Shown here piece by piece: positions 1 through 12,100 of a DNA stretch of 48,833 nucleotides (the first letter of the stretch is position 1; every line of letters starts with the position of its first letter). The DNA comes from a virus (taxonomy: Duplodnaviria; Caudoviricetes). The translations under genes were made by a program, and so were the position numbers. A model generated the notes under the pieces. That model did not search any database. It was not told where the DNA came from and saw only the letters and a list, made by a program, of their open reading frames with translations. Location: the IMG/VR virus record IMGVR_UViG_3300016667_000424, positions 1-48,833 of that record; one strand, given 5' to 3'.

Positions 1-198
1 CCGCATAGCCATGTGTCTTGTCATACAGCAACGAGACGAGCAGACCCTCAGGAGCGTCCTTCATCTTGGCCATACGCTTCCTCATGTCGTCGGCATCATT
101 TACGTTTCCGAACGTCGCATCCATCGACTGCTGGCTTCCAGCGTTGTTCCTATACTCGCTGGCGATATGTTCGATGGCCCTGCCGAAGCTGGTCTTCT
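1..198. repeat. Terminal direct repeat, left copy (circular-assembly overlap)
   Basis: Identical to 48636-48833 except A27 vs G48662; lies inside a coding frame. Confidence 0.97.
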
Positions 199-3100
199 CT
201 GACTCCCTGCTCATGCCTTCGGCGAATGCCTCTGGGAATTCGTCGATGACTTTGTGTCCTGCCTCGATGAGCCAAGAGCCGAGGGACTTACCGGTTCCAT
301 CGATTTCAACCTGATGCTCGAATCCTAGGTTCTGTGAGCGGATTCTGTCGATGAGGTTGTTGTACATCCCCCTCTTGCGGACGACGTCTAGGATGTAAGC
401 CGCGGATGACAGGTCTGCGTTTCTGGTCCCGACCATGAACATGCGTCCGCCGCCGAGGTTGACGGCATGGTTGACATAGCCGACGGAGCCATACCTGCCT
501 CGGTGATGCCTTGCGTCTGCGATAACGAGCGCCCTATGCCTCTTGGCCAGAGCGTTCATCACATAGGCGTTTACGAGGATAGGCCTGTAGGCGTTGTCTT
601 CGCCATGCGGGATGGAGTCTGGCAGATTGTAGGTCTGGATGTCTCCGTCTTCGTCAAGCTTGAGCCCGGCTTTCTTGGCTAGGTCTGCCTGCTGTGCCTT
701 AAGCTGTTCCAATTCGCTCGTAGTATTATAACTGCTCCAGACTGTGGCGACGAATGGAGAGACCGCTTCCATCATCCTGCCAAGCATGGTGTTCGCGTTG
801 TGCTGGATGCTGTCATACATCGCGCTAATCCTCATGTTGGCCGGGTCATGCTCGTAGTCGGTGGCACGGAACATGTATCCGAACCTGTTCACGAATTCAT
901 GCTTCGTGTCATAGTTTCCGTCCATCATCTCGTCCAGCCACCTGAGGATGTCCTTGTTGTCGTTGAGCTTGGTCCTGCCATGTGCGAAATCGACCAAGTC
1001 CTTGTCGGTGAACTTAACCACCGACGGGTCGTCCTTGAGCATAGCCTGAGCGACCTCTTCTTGAGTGACGCCGAGGGCATCCGAAGCGAACGCTAGGGTG
1101 GTGGCAACAATTCCCCTAGGAGACTTAAGCGTCTTGTCCTTGTGGAGCTTGTACTTTCGGAACAAGGGCTTGATGCCAGTCGCATCAGGTCCGACCTTTC
1201 CAATCCTGCTTCCAATCTTGGCAACGAACTCGACGACCTTTTCGTCCGGAGCGATGGCGAAGACCTGCTTCCTGTCGATGAACTTCTTGTCGAAGTTGGC
1301 ATCGTCAGGATTGATGGAGACATACCTATGAGAGTTATCACTACTTCCGCTCATCTCGGAATTCCTGACTTGGAAGGCCGCCTCTTCGGCGTCGATTGTG
1401 GACATCGTTTCCATGATGTTGGTCATCTGGACAAGCCTGTTAAGGTTGACCCTAATCTGCTTGTGGTCGCCGAACTGGCGGAAGAAATCCTCCCTGAGCT
1501 TGGGGTCTTTGGCCAGAACCCTGAGCTTTGCAGTCCAATTCTTGGCTAGCATGTCGAAGTCAATCTTGCCCTTGAACTGCTCGACTGCGCTGTAGTCATT
1601 TCCGGAAAGCTCTGCCAGCTCCCTAGCGACGCCGATGAACTCAGGGCTCATGGCCAAGAACAGCTTGGCGAGACCTGCGACATGCCTTTCGGAGCTTCCG
1701 GATGGAATGAAGTTTCCGAACTTGAGATTTCCAAATCCGGGAACAGCAAGGTTTGCAGGCATCAGGAATTGCCTGAGCACCTCAGGATTCATGCCTTCAA
1801 TCGGATGAAGGGTTGTAGCCCTATACTTCAGCAGGGTTTCCTGCGTCAGGGGGCCGCTCGGATACACATCAGGAATGCTGGCAGGAAGCCCGTAGTTAGT
1901 CTGAAGGTTCTGCGGGACAGGGATGAACTTGCCGCTGGGCTTCCACTCGGAGCCGCCAAGCTGGCTTAGCATGTACCTAGTGAATGGACCGGAGTTAGTG
2001 ATTTCATGATGGGCATATGCCCCGTAGAAGTAGTTGTTTAGTACATACCTAGCAGGGCTCCCTCCGTTGTATGTATTCAGGTACAGGTCCTTATGTCCTT
2101 CGCCAACCCTCATGGCCGCGAGCTTATCTGTGATTTGCTTTGCCTGAGCCCTGAGGCCCGGAATCTCTTCGATTTCCTTGAACGTGGCATACAGGGTGTA
2201 TTCAGGGTCAAGCGTAGGACCGAACGTTTTTCTCTGGTAGGTATCAGACTGCAATTCCTCGATGAACGAGACTGGAATCTGCGCCTCTTCAAGCCTTTCG
2301 CGTCCATAGGACTTCAGTTGCTCGAAGATGCTGGCAGGAGTGCTGAGAACGGGAAGAGCCGTAGGAACAGTAGCGTCCGTGACTCGCAGGTGGCCGAGCA
2401 AGTTGTACCCCTTGTCGCGAGGAGCACCCTTGTGGCTGGTCATGTACTTGGCGTAGTTTTCTCCGATTGCCTTCCTGACCTTGTATACATGATTCGCCGC
2501 GTCGATGGCGCTCCTGAACTTGGCCTTTTCCGCCGGGTCGGTTGCGGCATTCATTGCACCTTCCAGCTTTTCGATGTAGTCATTGAACGCAGTACTGTCA
2601 GGCGTAACTTCGGTGAACAAGGCCGTGTACACATGTTCTCCTAGGCCTGAAGTGTAACCAGCGTATCCATGGTCATCGCCCTTGTTGTAGCCATACTTGT
2701 CCTGAGCTCCTGCGGCCCGGTCATGGTATTCTTCGATGGCAGTATCCCAGTCGCTAAGGTGGAGTCCGGAAGCACTAAGCTGAGTGGAATCCATCGTCAG
2801 AGGGTCTCCGATTTCAATCTCAATCCCCTGAAGAGATGCCAGATTCTCAAGCTTGGCCTTGGCGACTGAGGAATTGATGTTGAGCCTGTAGGTCTCAAGC
2901 AGGGGAGCGGAGAACTGCAGAATTCGGTCTGGATTCTTCTGAAGCTCGTCGAGGATTCGCATGACGACGACGGACGATTCAGCGCCCTCAAGGCCGAGTT
3001 CCTTCACAAGCGAAGTCATGATGTCCTTGTTCATGACCTTTTCGTATGCGTCCGTAAGTGCGGACAGGTGCATGTCCTTGAGCGTCTGGACGGCCGTCTG

Positions 3101-6100
3101 CATCGCAGGAGCGGAATCGTCAGTCGCCTTGGTAAGTGCATTGTCGATAGCACCGAAGACGTTCTGCACCATCTTGAGCGTACGGCTTGCGTACAGCATC
3201 TTCGACGCGACGAAGTCGATGTTGTGAGGATTCCTGATGACCTGATTGAGGCTCTGATTGGTCAGCTTCTCGTAGTGTGGTTGCCACACCTTCCTGCCCT
3301 GAAGCGGGTAGAAAACGTACAGGTAATCGAATAGCTCCTTCTTGGTCAGGTTGTTCTTCCTGTTAGCGTACAGGAACTCGGCCATGCCAGTCGCCCTGAG
3401 CTCGTTCTTGGAGACAGTATTGGCCATGAGCAGGTCGAACCACTCAAGTCCGGTACGGACTTCCTTGACCCTCTTGTTCTTGTCCATGCCCTTGATGATG
3501 GCGTTGACCATCTTCGAGATGAACTGAACAGGGCTTCCGCCGATGGCGAAGGTGGACCTATGTCGAAGGATGGACTCGAGCTCAGACTGGCTGTGGTCTG
3601 CCAAGCTGAGGCTGATTCGCTCCTGCTTTGGGGCCTCCATAGTAAGGACATCTCCCTGCCTGAGCAGGCTGGCGACAGCCTTGGCCGCTTCTTGGGTATC
3701 GAAGGCTTTGCCTAGGTTGCCGACGCCATACTTCTTTCCGGCGCCCCACAGGTGGTTTCCGTACTCGCCGACATCTCCCGGCTCAACGTAAAGGCGGGTG
3801 CTTTGCTGGACCTGAGCAGACATGCCTTTTGAGTTTCCAGACGACTCGACCCTGAGCGAGTCCCTGTTCGGAGTAGCCTTGGCCACTTCGGCTTGGATGT
3901 TGCCTGCGGAAATCTTGTCTGCGAGAGCGTTGGCTTCTGACTCCGTGTTGAAGTTCCTGACCATTCGCTTGACCTGCTTCTTTCCGTCGGTTCCGACAGG
4001 GCCGAACTCGTTCCATGCGATTGTCCAACGCTTCTGTGAGTTCTTGAAGACAGTAAGGTTCAGGGAGTCGCTGGTGTCCCAAGAGTAATGCTTGAGGTCG
4101 CTTCGTCCGGGGAACATGGCCTCGATTGCCGCGGACCTGTCTCCGTACATGGCGAGAGACCTTTCGCTGTCTGGCAGGAAGTATCCGGATTCGCCCGACA
4201 TAATCCTGTGGAACGCAGAGGTGAGGTCTCCATGGAAGTTCGGATTGACGGAATTGACGGACCTAGCGGCCGTTTCCATCATGGTCACGATGTTGCCTTG
4301 GGTGGTAGCCGTGGAAGACTGCATGCCCATCAGCTGTAGCTTCGGGTTGACAATTTCTTCCCGCTCGAAGCTTTCCCTCATCGTATTAAGCAACTTTAGG
4401 TGAGCGTTCTTCTCGTCTTGGTAGTAGGTGAGCCTTTCGATGTGGGTGGCCAGCACAGGGCCGTCCATGCCGAACTGGACTGGAGCTCCACGCATCTTCG
4501 CGTAAGGGCCAGTCACGGACATGGCCGAAGCGTAGTGATTGAGGATTGCGGTATTGAAGTCCTCAATCTTCGCATTGGCAGGAAGCACGAACGTGAAGTA
4601 CGCGAAGTCCTGAGAGATGTCGTGCATCACCTCGTCGGCATAGGCCGCGAGCTGAAGCGCTTCCTCGGGGCTGGCAGGAATGTTTCCTTCGATTAGCTGA
4701 GACAGGCGAGCCCTGACATCTCCGGACATTTCCCTGACATACTTGGGCCTCATGGAGGCACCGCCGACTAGCTTGTTGTGCGTCCTTCCTCCGAGGAAGA
4801 TGTCCCCGTTGAGAAGCTTATGGACTCCCTTCAGGTAATCCCTGACGCCGACGTCATCGAGGCCAGAATACCCTCTGGCGACATTGAGGAACGGGAGCTG
4901 TTCCTTGGTGTTTCCACCGCCAAGGGCCTTGCTCATGCCGAAGATGGACCTTCTGGCTAGGGACTGTGAATAGGCCGTATCGTTGTTGGCGTCCCAGCCG
5001 ACGGCCCTGAGGAGAGGGATGCCGACTGCCGGGTTCTGGATGTCGGAGTCATGGACGATGTCGTAAGTCGCCGTGATGTTGGTGTCCGGAGAGAAGTTCA
5101 CCAAGATTCGTCCGTCCTCAAGACGCTTCCAGCTGATTCCGATTCTGCCGTAGTCCTTTTGGTGAAGCTGGGTGCCGAAGCCCGTGGAGCCTGCCCTGCT
5201 CATGACCTTGCCGATGTGGGACTGCTTGGACATGATGACGTTCCTCCTGTCTTCGACGGACTTGATGGACATCATCGAAGGATGCGGAGCGGCGGTCAGG
5301 TTAAACCTAGCGGCCGGGGTAGAGACCTCCTGCTTGCCTAGCTGTTTGGCTACGGAAGCGATTCGGTTGGTGATTAGGCTACGCTTGATTGCGCTCTTTA
5401 CGACTGTGCCGACGCTGGGGACGTTCAGAGAGCCAGCTCCGGAGCCGCCAACCATGTAATCGGAATCGGTGTAGACGCCGCGTCCGTTAGAATCGCTGGT
5501 CTTCAACCTGAGCACTCCATCGGAATCCTCGGAGAACATTCCAGCGAAGGTAAGATGCTCCGTGGTGTTGTGATGTGCCTGATTGATTGCATCCAACACA
5601 GTAGCGCCTTCGACGGCATCAGCCATGATTTCAGGAGACCTGTTCATGACTAGGTCGAACGTGTCGTCCTGACCGAACATTGTCCACTCAATCCTAGAAG
5701 TGGCGGCGGAGTACTTGGCAGTCGGGCTAGGTCCGTAGGCAGTATCGAGATACATGCCGACGCCTTCCCAAGAGCCATTGGACATTCCCGGAGTGATTGC
5801 GGGGTGATGCCTATAGGTGGACAGCTTGGCTCCGTACATTGGGACAAGCAAATCAGGGAACTCGGTATCAGTCCTGCTCGTCATGATTGGCGAGTCCATG
5901 ATGTTGATGTTGCGGGCTTGGAACGGCCTGCTGTTGTATCTGCCAGTCTGGGCGAGCGGATAGGACTTAGCCCTCCTGTCCTTCATGGCCTGAATGGAGA
6001 CGGCCATGCCAATCCAGAACTCGCCGCTTTCGTCGGCCATGGCGGATTCCATGAGCTTGGACAGCTCGGTGGAAAGGTATCCCGTGCCGACCATGTCAAT

Positions 6101-9100
6101 CTTGCTAGCCAGAGCGGAGTGCTGACCCATCAGGTGGTCGAGACCCATGGCAGAGCCGAAGTTAAGGGCTCCCTTCATCGAGTAGCCGAAGTTGGCCGGA
6201 AGCTGGTTGTTCTTTGAGAAATCGACGCCAGCGACGAGACCCAGCATGGTCATGATTCCAGACGAAGCCATCTGGGAGGAGGTCTCATGGGCGAGCATGA
6301 AGATGCCCTGCTTGTCGATGTTCTTAATCCAGTCCTTGGCCACCAAGGCGATTTCTTCCTTTGATGCTCCCCTCTCGATGGCCTCCATGACGGCAGGATA
6401 CATCTCGTTGAAGAATCCGAAGTTGGTAAGAGCGACCTTACCTTCGGGGGTAACGTTAGGAATGCCGACCTTCAGCTTGCCGAACAGGTGAGGCATGGCG
6501 ACGGCACCAAGCGTCGCATTGGTGACATGGACCGCGCTCTCAGAAGCGAAGATTGTGGACTTGTTCTTAGAGATGACGGGCTGTGCCATCTGGATGTTTT
6601 CCTGTCCGAGCAGCGACATGATTCGCCCAATCTGGGCCTGAAGGAACGCGCTGTTGTTGTTCCTGTCCGGATTCTCAAGCATCATCAGTCCCATTACGGA
6701 CTGAACCGCAAGGACGTTGCCGCCCAAGTAATAGGCCATTGGTCCGTTGCTGAGAGAGACGGCGGAAGTCTTGCTGTTGGGAGCGTACTTCTCAAGGTAC
6801 TCGACAAGCACTTCTGCCCTATCAAATCCTCCGACAGAAGCTTCTAGGTTGGCCTTGAACTGCTCGGGATTCGCATGTGCGTCCTCAAGCCTGAAGGCCT
6901 TGGGCCTGAGCATGCTGAACAGGCCGTGGTTGACAGTATTCTCAAGGTTGTGGAATGACCTGTTGTAGGCCGTGATTGCCTCGACTGGGATTCCTCGACC
7001 TGCGACATTGACCGGGAACGAGTTCATTCCCGTGACGTCGGCGTTGTCAGGGTCTAGGTTGATGATGGCTTTTCCGTCTGGCGCGACCATGCCGAAGACT
7101 CCGGTGAGGGACAGGCCTCTGTTCCTGACCCTGTCGGACGAAAGGAAATCGACGATTTCCATGTTGTGACTCGGAGACAGCTTCTTGCTGTAGACGGACT
7201 TGTCTGCGGCATCGTTGGTAAGCAGGGTCTCTTCCCAGACCTCGTAGATTTTGGAAATGAGAGCGGTCTGAGCGGAAAGCTTTCCGATTCGCTCCTTCAT
7301 GTCATCCCTGATGGGCTCCATGAAGGCGATTCGTTCCGCGAGCGGCATGGCCTTGATTTGATTTACGCCGTTGCCTACGAACCTGTCGTCTCCGACGTCC
7401 TCGAAGTACCTTTGCAGGTCATCCAAGTCCAAGTTATTGATGTCATCCTCGTTACGGATGACCCTTTCGACGTCGGCCAGAAGGGATTCAAGGTAGCGAA
7501 CATTGCCAGAGATGTCGTTGACCGAACCCTCAAACGCCCTCTTGAGCTCGGAATAGCTTCCGTCCCTAGAGAACTTGTAGGGCATGACGAGAAGCTCCTC
7601 CTGAGGGGTGGAGTTGACGTCGTAGTATACGGCGGATTGGCTGACGTTATCGAGGCCAGAGTTGACTGCGTTGGTCGCAATCTCGGCGTTCATGTTTGCT
7701 CCGGGCCTGATGACCTCAGAGACGTCAGCGCTAGCAAGGGTGACGGATTCTTCCGCGTGGTGGATGTACGCACCAAACAGGGAGCTAATCATCGTCGGAA
7801 TGAATCCGGTATGGCTTACTGCCCTTTGTCCGCTCTTGAGTCCGAACACGGAATCATTGCTGGCTTTGAGTCCGTACCTCTGAATCATCGTGGACGCAGA
7901 GCCAGAAGAAATTCCGAAAGTTTCTCCTACGCTAGAGAGGGTGTCGTCTCTCATTCCGACAGCGAGAGCGTCAGAACCGACGGCCACCCTGAGGGTTGAT
8001 TCTTCGAGCTCAGAGAGAAGGACAGAGTAAAGCTTCCTAGAGAACTGCTTGTCTTCTTCTGCGAGCCTCTGGATTTTGTCCACCGCGGCCTTGATGACCG
8101 GACCGATGAGAAGGGAAGCCCTCCTCATCCTTTCGTTCAGCCTTCCGACCATGTCGGGATTGATGATGACCTTGGGAAGGTTCTGGACGAACTTGGAGCT
8201 ATCGAACCTCTGCCTGAATTCGGCCCAAGCATCCTCAGGGCACCAAGAAGGCCTGCTCAGTCTGAAGCTAAGCTTGTTAGCGGTCCACTTGAACCTACCA
8301 AGCTCCATCTCAGCGCCGCTAGCCCTAGCAGGGTAAAGTTCTCCGATGCCAGCCGCCATGGCCGAGCCGACGTTGTTGTCGTCGGTGAGCTTGGTGACAA
8401 TCTTCCTGAAATCAGCCTGAGAAATGGTCCTGTTTCGCATGTCGGGGATTGCCCCGATTCCGCTCGTCACAGCCGCCGTGCTGAAGGTGATGTGGTTGAA
8501 GGCCAGAATGTTCAGCAGGTCGTTCTTGGTAAGGACCATGTCCTTCATCTTCGAATCGACCGCGTCAAGCATGACGGCCTTTGCGGACTCTTCCGTAAAC
8601 ACGCCGAGCTTCATCAGCTCAGACCTGATTTCTCCGCCAAGAACCATCGGCGGGAATCTGTCAGAGTTGATGATGTCGATGACGCCGTTACCGACGGACA
8701 AGACGTCTTCGGATTCGATGACGAAATTGGCCAGCTCAGCAAAGTCCTTGATGGTGTAGGTCCTAGGTTTCCCGCTTGCCCCGGTGGTCTCGGGCATGCC
8801 GAGGAACTGGGCGTTCGGGTCGCCATAGCTCGGGTACTTGTCGAATTGAGACCTGTTCTTGGCGACGAGAGCTTCCTTGGTCTTCTCGTAGTCTCCCTTT
8901 ACGATGTAGCGACCCGTGGTAAGAACCATCCTGCCATTGTCGTCGATTTCCCAGCCTTCCTGACTGATAACGAACCTGCCGAGGTCCCTGAGTTCGTTGT
9001 TGGCCTTGCCCATGAAGAACCTGACGACTGACATGAATCCGAGCGTTGCGGAGGCGGGGTTGTCCGCCGGGTCAGCGCCGATTCCAGCGATGGAGTTCAT

Positions 9101-12100
9101 CAGGGTGGAGCCGCCAAGCTCCCTAGCCCTGACTCCAGCCTTGTTCATAGACGAGTCGATGATTTCAAGGACGGAGCTGTTCTCTGCCAAAGCCCTGTCC
9201 TTAATCGCCAGTTCCTCCTGAGTGAGACCACGCCTCTGCATGGTGGTGAACGCCTGACGCTCGACGGGCTCGATGACATACTCCATGGCCCGGTAGTGCC
9301 TGAACGCCTTTGCGAGTGCGACAGTCCTGCCATCGGGATGCCCCTTGATGATGTCATCATAGCTGGACACCATGCCCATTGCATCAAAAGCGGCCCTGAA
9401 CTCCTTGTTCTCGGCCATGACAGACAAGTACCTAGGATTAGCGTCAGCGACGGCCTCCTTGAACTCGTCAAACTGCTTGAAGACCTTGTAAGCGTCCTCG
9501 GTGGTGTCGATGTTCGACGCTTGCCTGTGGAGGAACTCGGCCTTCCTGTAAAGTTCGTCAGAGATACGTCCTGCGGTGTGCTCGAAGGTGACGAACTCCA
9601 TCATGTTCCGCGTAGCGGTCTTCATGAGGGGTTTTGCGTGAAGACGCAGGCTGGCAATCACGGGAGCGTCCGGGTGGTCCACGAAGTTCTGGATGACCTT
9701 CAAGGCCGCACCAGCGCCTCCGTACTTCAGGTCGCCATACCCGATAACAGGTGCCTTTTGGATTCCAAGGAGCTTGGCAAAGCTTGCCTTAACGTCCTCA
9801 GGGTTGACGCCCTGAATGGACCTATGCTCTCCGAGAATGTTGCCAGACCTCTGCAGGATGTGCTGGATTTCATGAACGAACAGCCCGGTGATGTAGTTAC
9901 TTCCAGAGTACCTGCTATTCAGGCTTTCGGTATCGATTCGGAACTTGTCAGCTTCAGGAGGAAGGCCGAGCTTTTCGTAGGCAAGAGCCCTAGCTCCGAT
10001 GTTGATTAGGAAGGTGCCGTCGCTCCTTCTGCCAGCCTGAGCCCCATGGATGTCGATGAAGTTGACATCGACGTCCTTCAGCCAAGGGAAATACTTGTAG
10101 AGAAGGGTGTGACCGAAGACATTGCCGAGCTTGGTGGTGCCCAGAATCTGGTCCCTAGGCATGAAGACCTCTAGGCCCGGAGTCGTGAACCTACGCTCGA
10201 CCTCCTTCTGGTAGTCGGAGAAGGCCTTTTGCGGGTCAGCGCTGAAGGCAAACGGGAGCATGTGAGGCTCTCCGTTGGACGCGGAATAATCGACGAAAGA
10301 ATCCCTGTCGGACAGCTCGAAGATTTCGGTATCGACGCCTTTAATGGTCACACGCTTCAGCAGGCCGAGCTTGCTGAGTTCTTCCTTGTGTTCCTTGCTG
10401 AGTCCGGAGGCATCGGCAATCGAGTTCATGGTCTTAGGCTTGTTCCTAAGAGACTCGAACTGTCGGGCCTGAGTGGAATGTGCTTGGTTGATTGCCTTGA
10501 CTAGGTCTTTTGCCTTTTTGAGCTGGGCAGGGCTGGCACCGAACTGAGCGTAGTACTTACGCTCCATGATGGTGTCGAACGCCTTGCTGATTGGAGACTC
10601 ATCTCCGCCAATCGCCCAATACCTCTGCATCTCAAGGGTCCAGTTGGCGACTGCTTCGTCCATGAACCTAGACGCGAGCTCTTGAGGCGTAGCGTTTGCG
10701 GTACCGATGGAATTGATTCTTTCGTCAGGATTCCTAGCCTTTTCGATTGAATAAACGCCCTGAGCGATGCCAATTAGGCCCTTGTCTCCATTGGCGATTA
10801 CCTCGCCGTAGAGACCTTCTGCGTAGGCAAGCCTATCCTTCGGGGTTCCCTGAGTCTGCTCGAATGCGCTGGCAAGCCTGTTAAGTGCTGGCTCCAGCTC
10901 CGGGTTCATCGACATGATTGCGGCGTCAAGCACCCTGAAGTGCAGTCCGCCTTCGATGTCCCTGACGCTGAGCTTCTTCTTTTCAGGGAGAAGGATTGTG
11001 CTGACAAGGGCTCCGTAGGGGGAGTTGCCCTTATTCATCATGGCATCGGACGGCTGGGCATACTTGGACGCCACTTCGGTTCCGCCATAGACGCCTGAAC
11101 GCATGGCCATCTTGCCCGGCATGGCAGTTGCAACCACGCCCTTAGAAGAGACGATTTGCGTCACGCCCCTATCTGCAAAAATCGCCAATGGGTTGGCATT
11201 TGCAATCTTCAGCTGTTCCAAGGTGTACTTGGCGCTGATGTAATCATGGCTCGCGGAGGTGGCGACAACTTCGCCGCTGGAACCTTTGGTGACCTTCTGT
11301 ACGATTGAATGAACAGATTCGTTCATCACTCGTCCGACCTTCTGGAACAAGGATTCCCTGATTTTTTCCGGGGCGACGTTAATTACCTTGAGGGCTTCGT
11401 CGATTTTGCTGACGCCGTTGACGTCCTTGAACGCTAGCGCGTAGCTGACTCCTCCGTCTGCCGAAGGATACGGAATCCAGACGCTGTCATCGTTGAGGGC
11501 GGAATCCACATAGGAGATTGTGGCAAGAAGTCCGTCCTTGATTGAGTGGAAGTTGTTGTCGAACCATCGGGGATTCTGCGGCCTGACCTCAGCAAATCTT
11601 TGCAGGATAACCTCAGACCTGCTCGTAGGCTTGAACCCTTTCTTGAAATTAGAGGCAAAATCAGAACCGCTCGTAGACTTCTCAAGAATCGACTTAGCCT
11701 GCTCGGAGTCGCCGAGCATGAATGCGTTCTCAGAGTTGTCGTTGGACGGATTCCTATTCCTCTCGGACAGGCTTCTCTTGATTTCGGCCTGAATCTGTCC
11801 GACTTCCTGCTTCCTGTCCTTGACGTACTTTTCCGGGTCTTCCGATAGGGCTTTTAGCGTAGACGCCAGCTTGTAATGTGCGCCAACGACATCCCTGCCT
11901 TCTGGTGCATGATTGAGGGTGGGGAGCCAATAGGACATGTTTTCCCCGTACGGACTCATCGCCATGCTCATCGCCTCGATTGAGGACTCGATGGCGTAGT
12001 TGAGCATCTTGGACTTTGCCTCATCGTTGACTCCGTACTTCTCGATGTGGTCGTAATCGATGAGGATGGACATCACTCCAGTCTGAGCATGCCTCTGCAC

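Noticed and set aside
641-655. DEDGD in the giant protein as a possible RNA polymerase DxDGD motif
   Set aside because: No NADFDGD-like context or other polymerase motifs in the parts translated; a polymerase domain elsewhere in the ORF is not formally excluded
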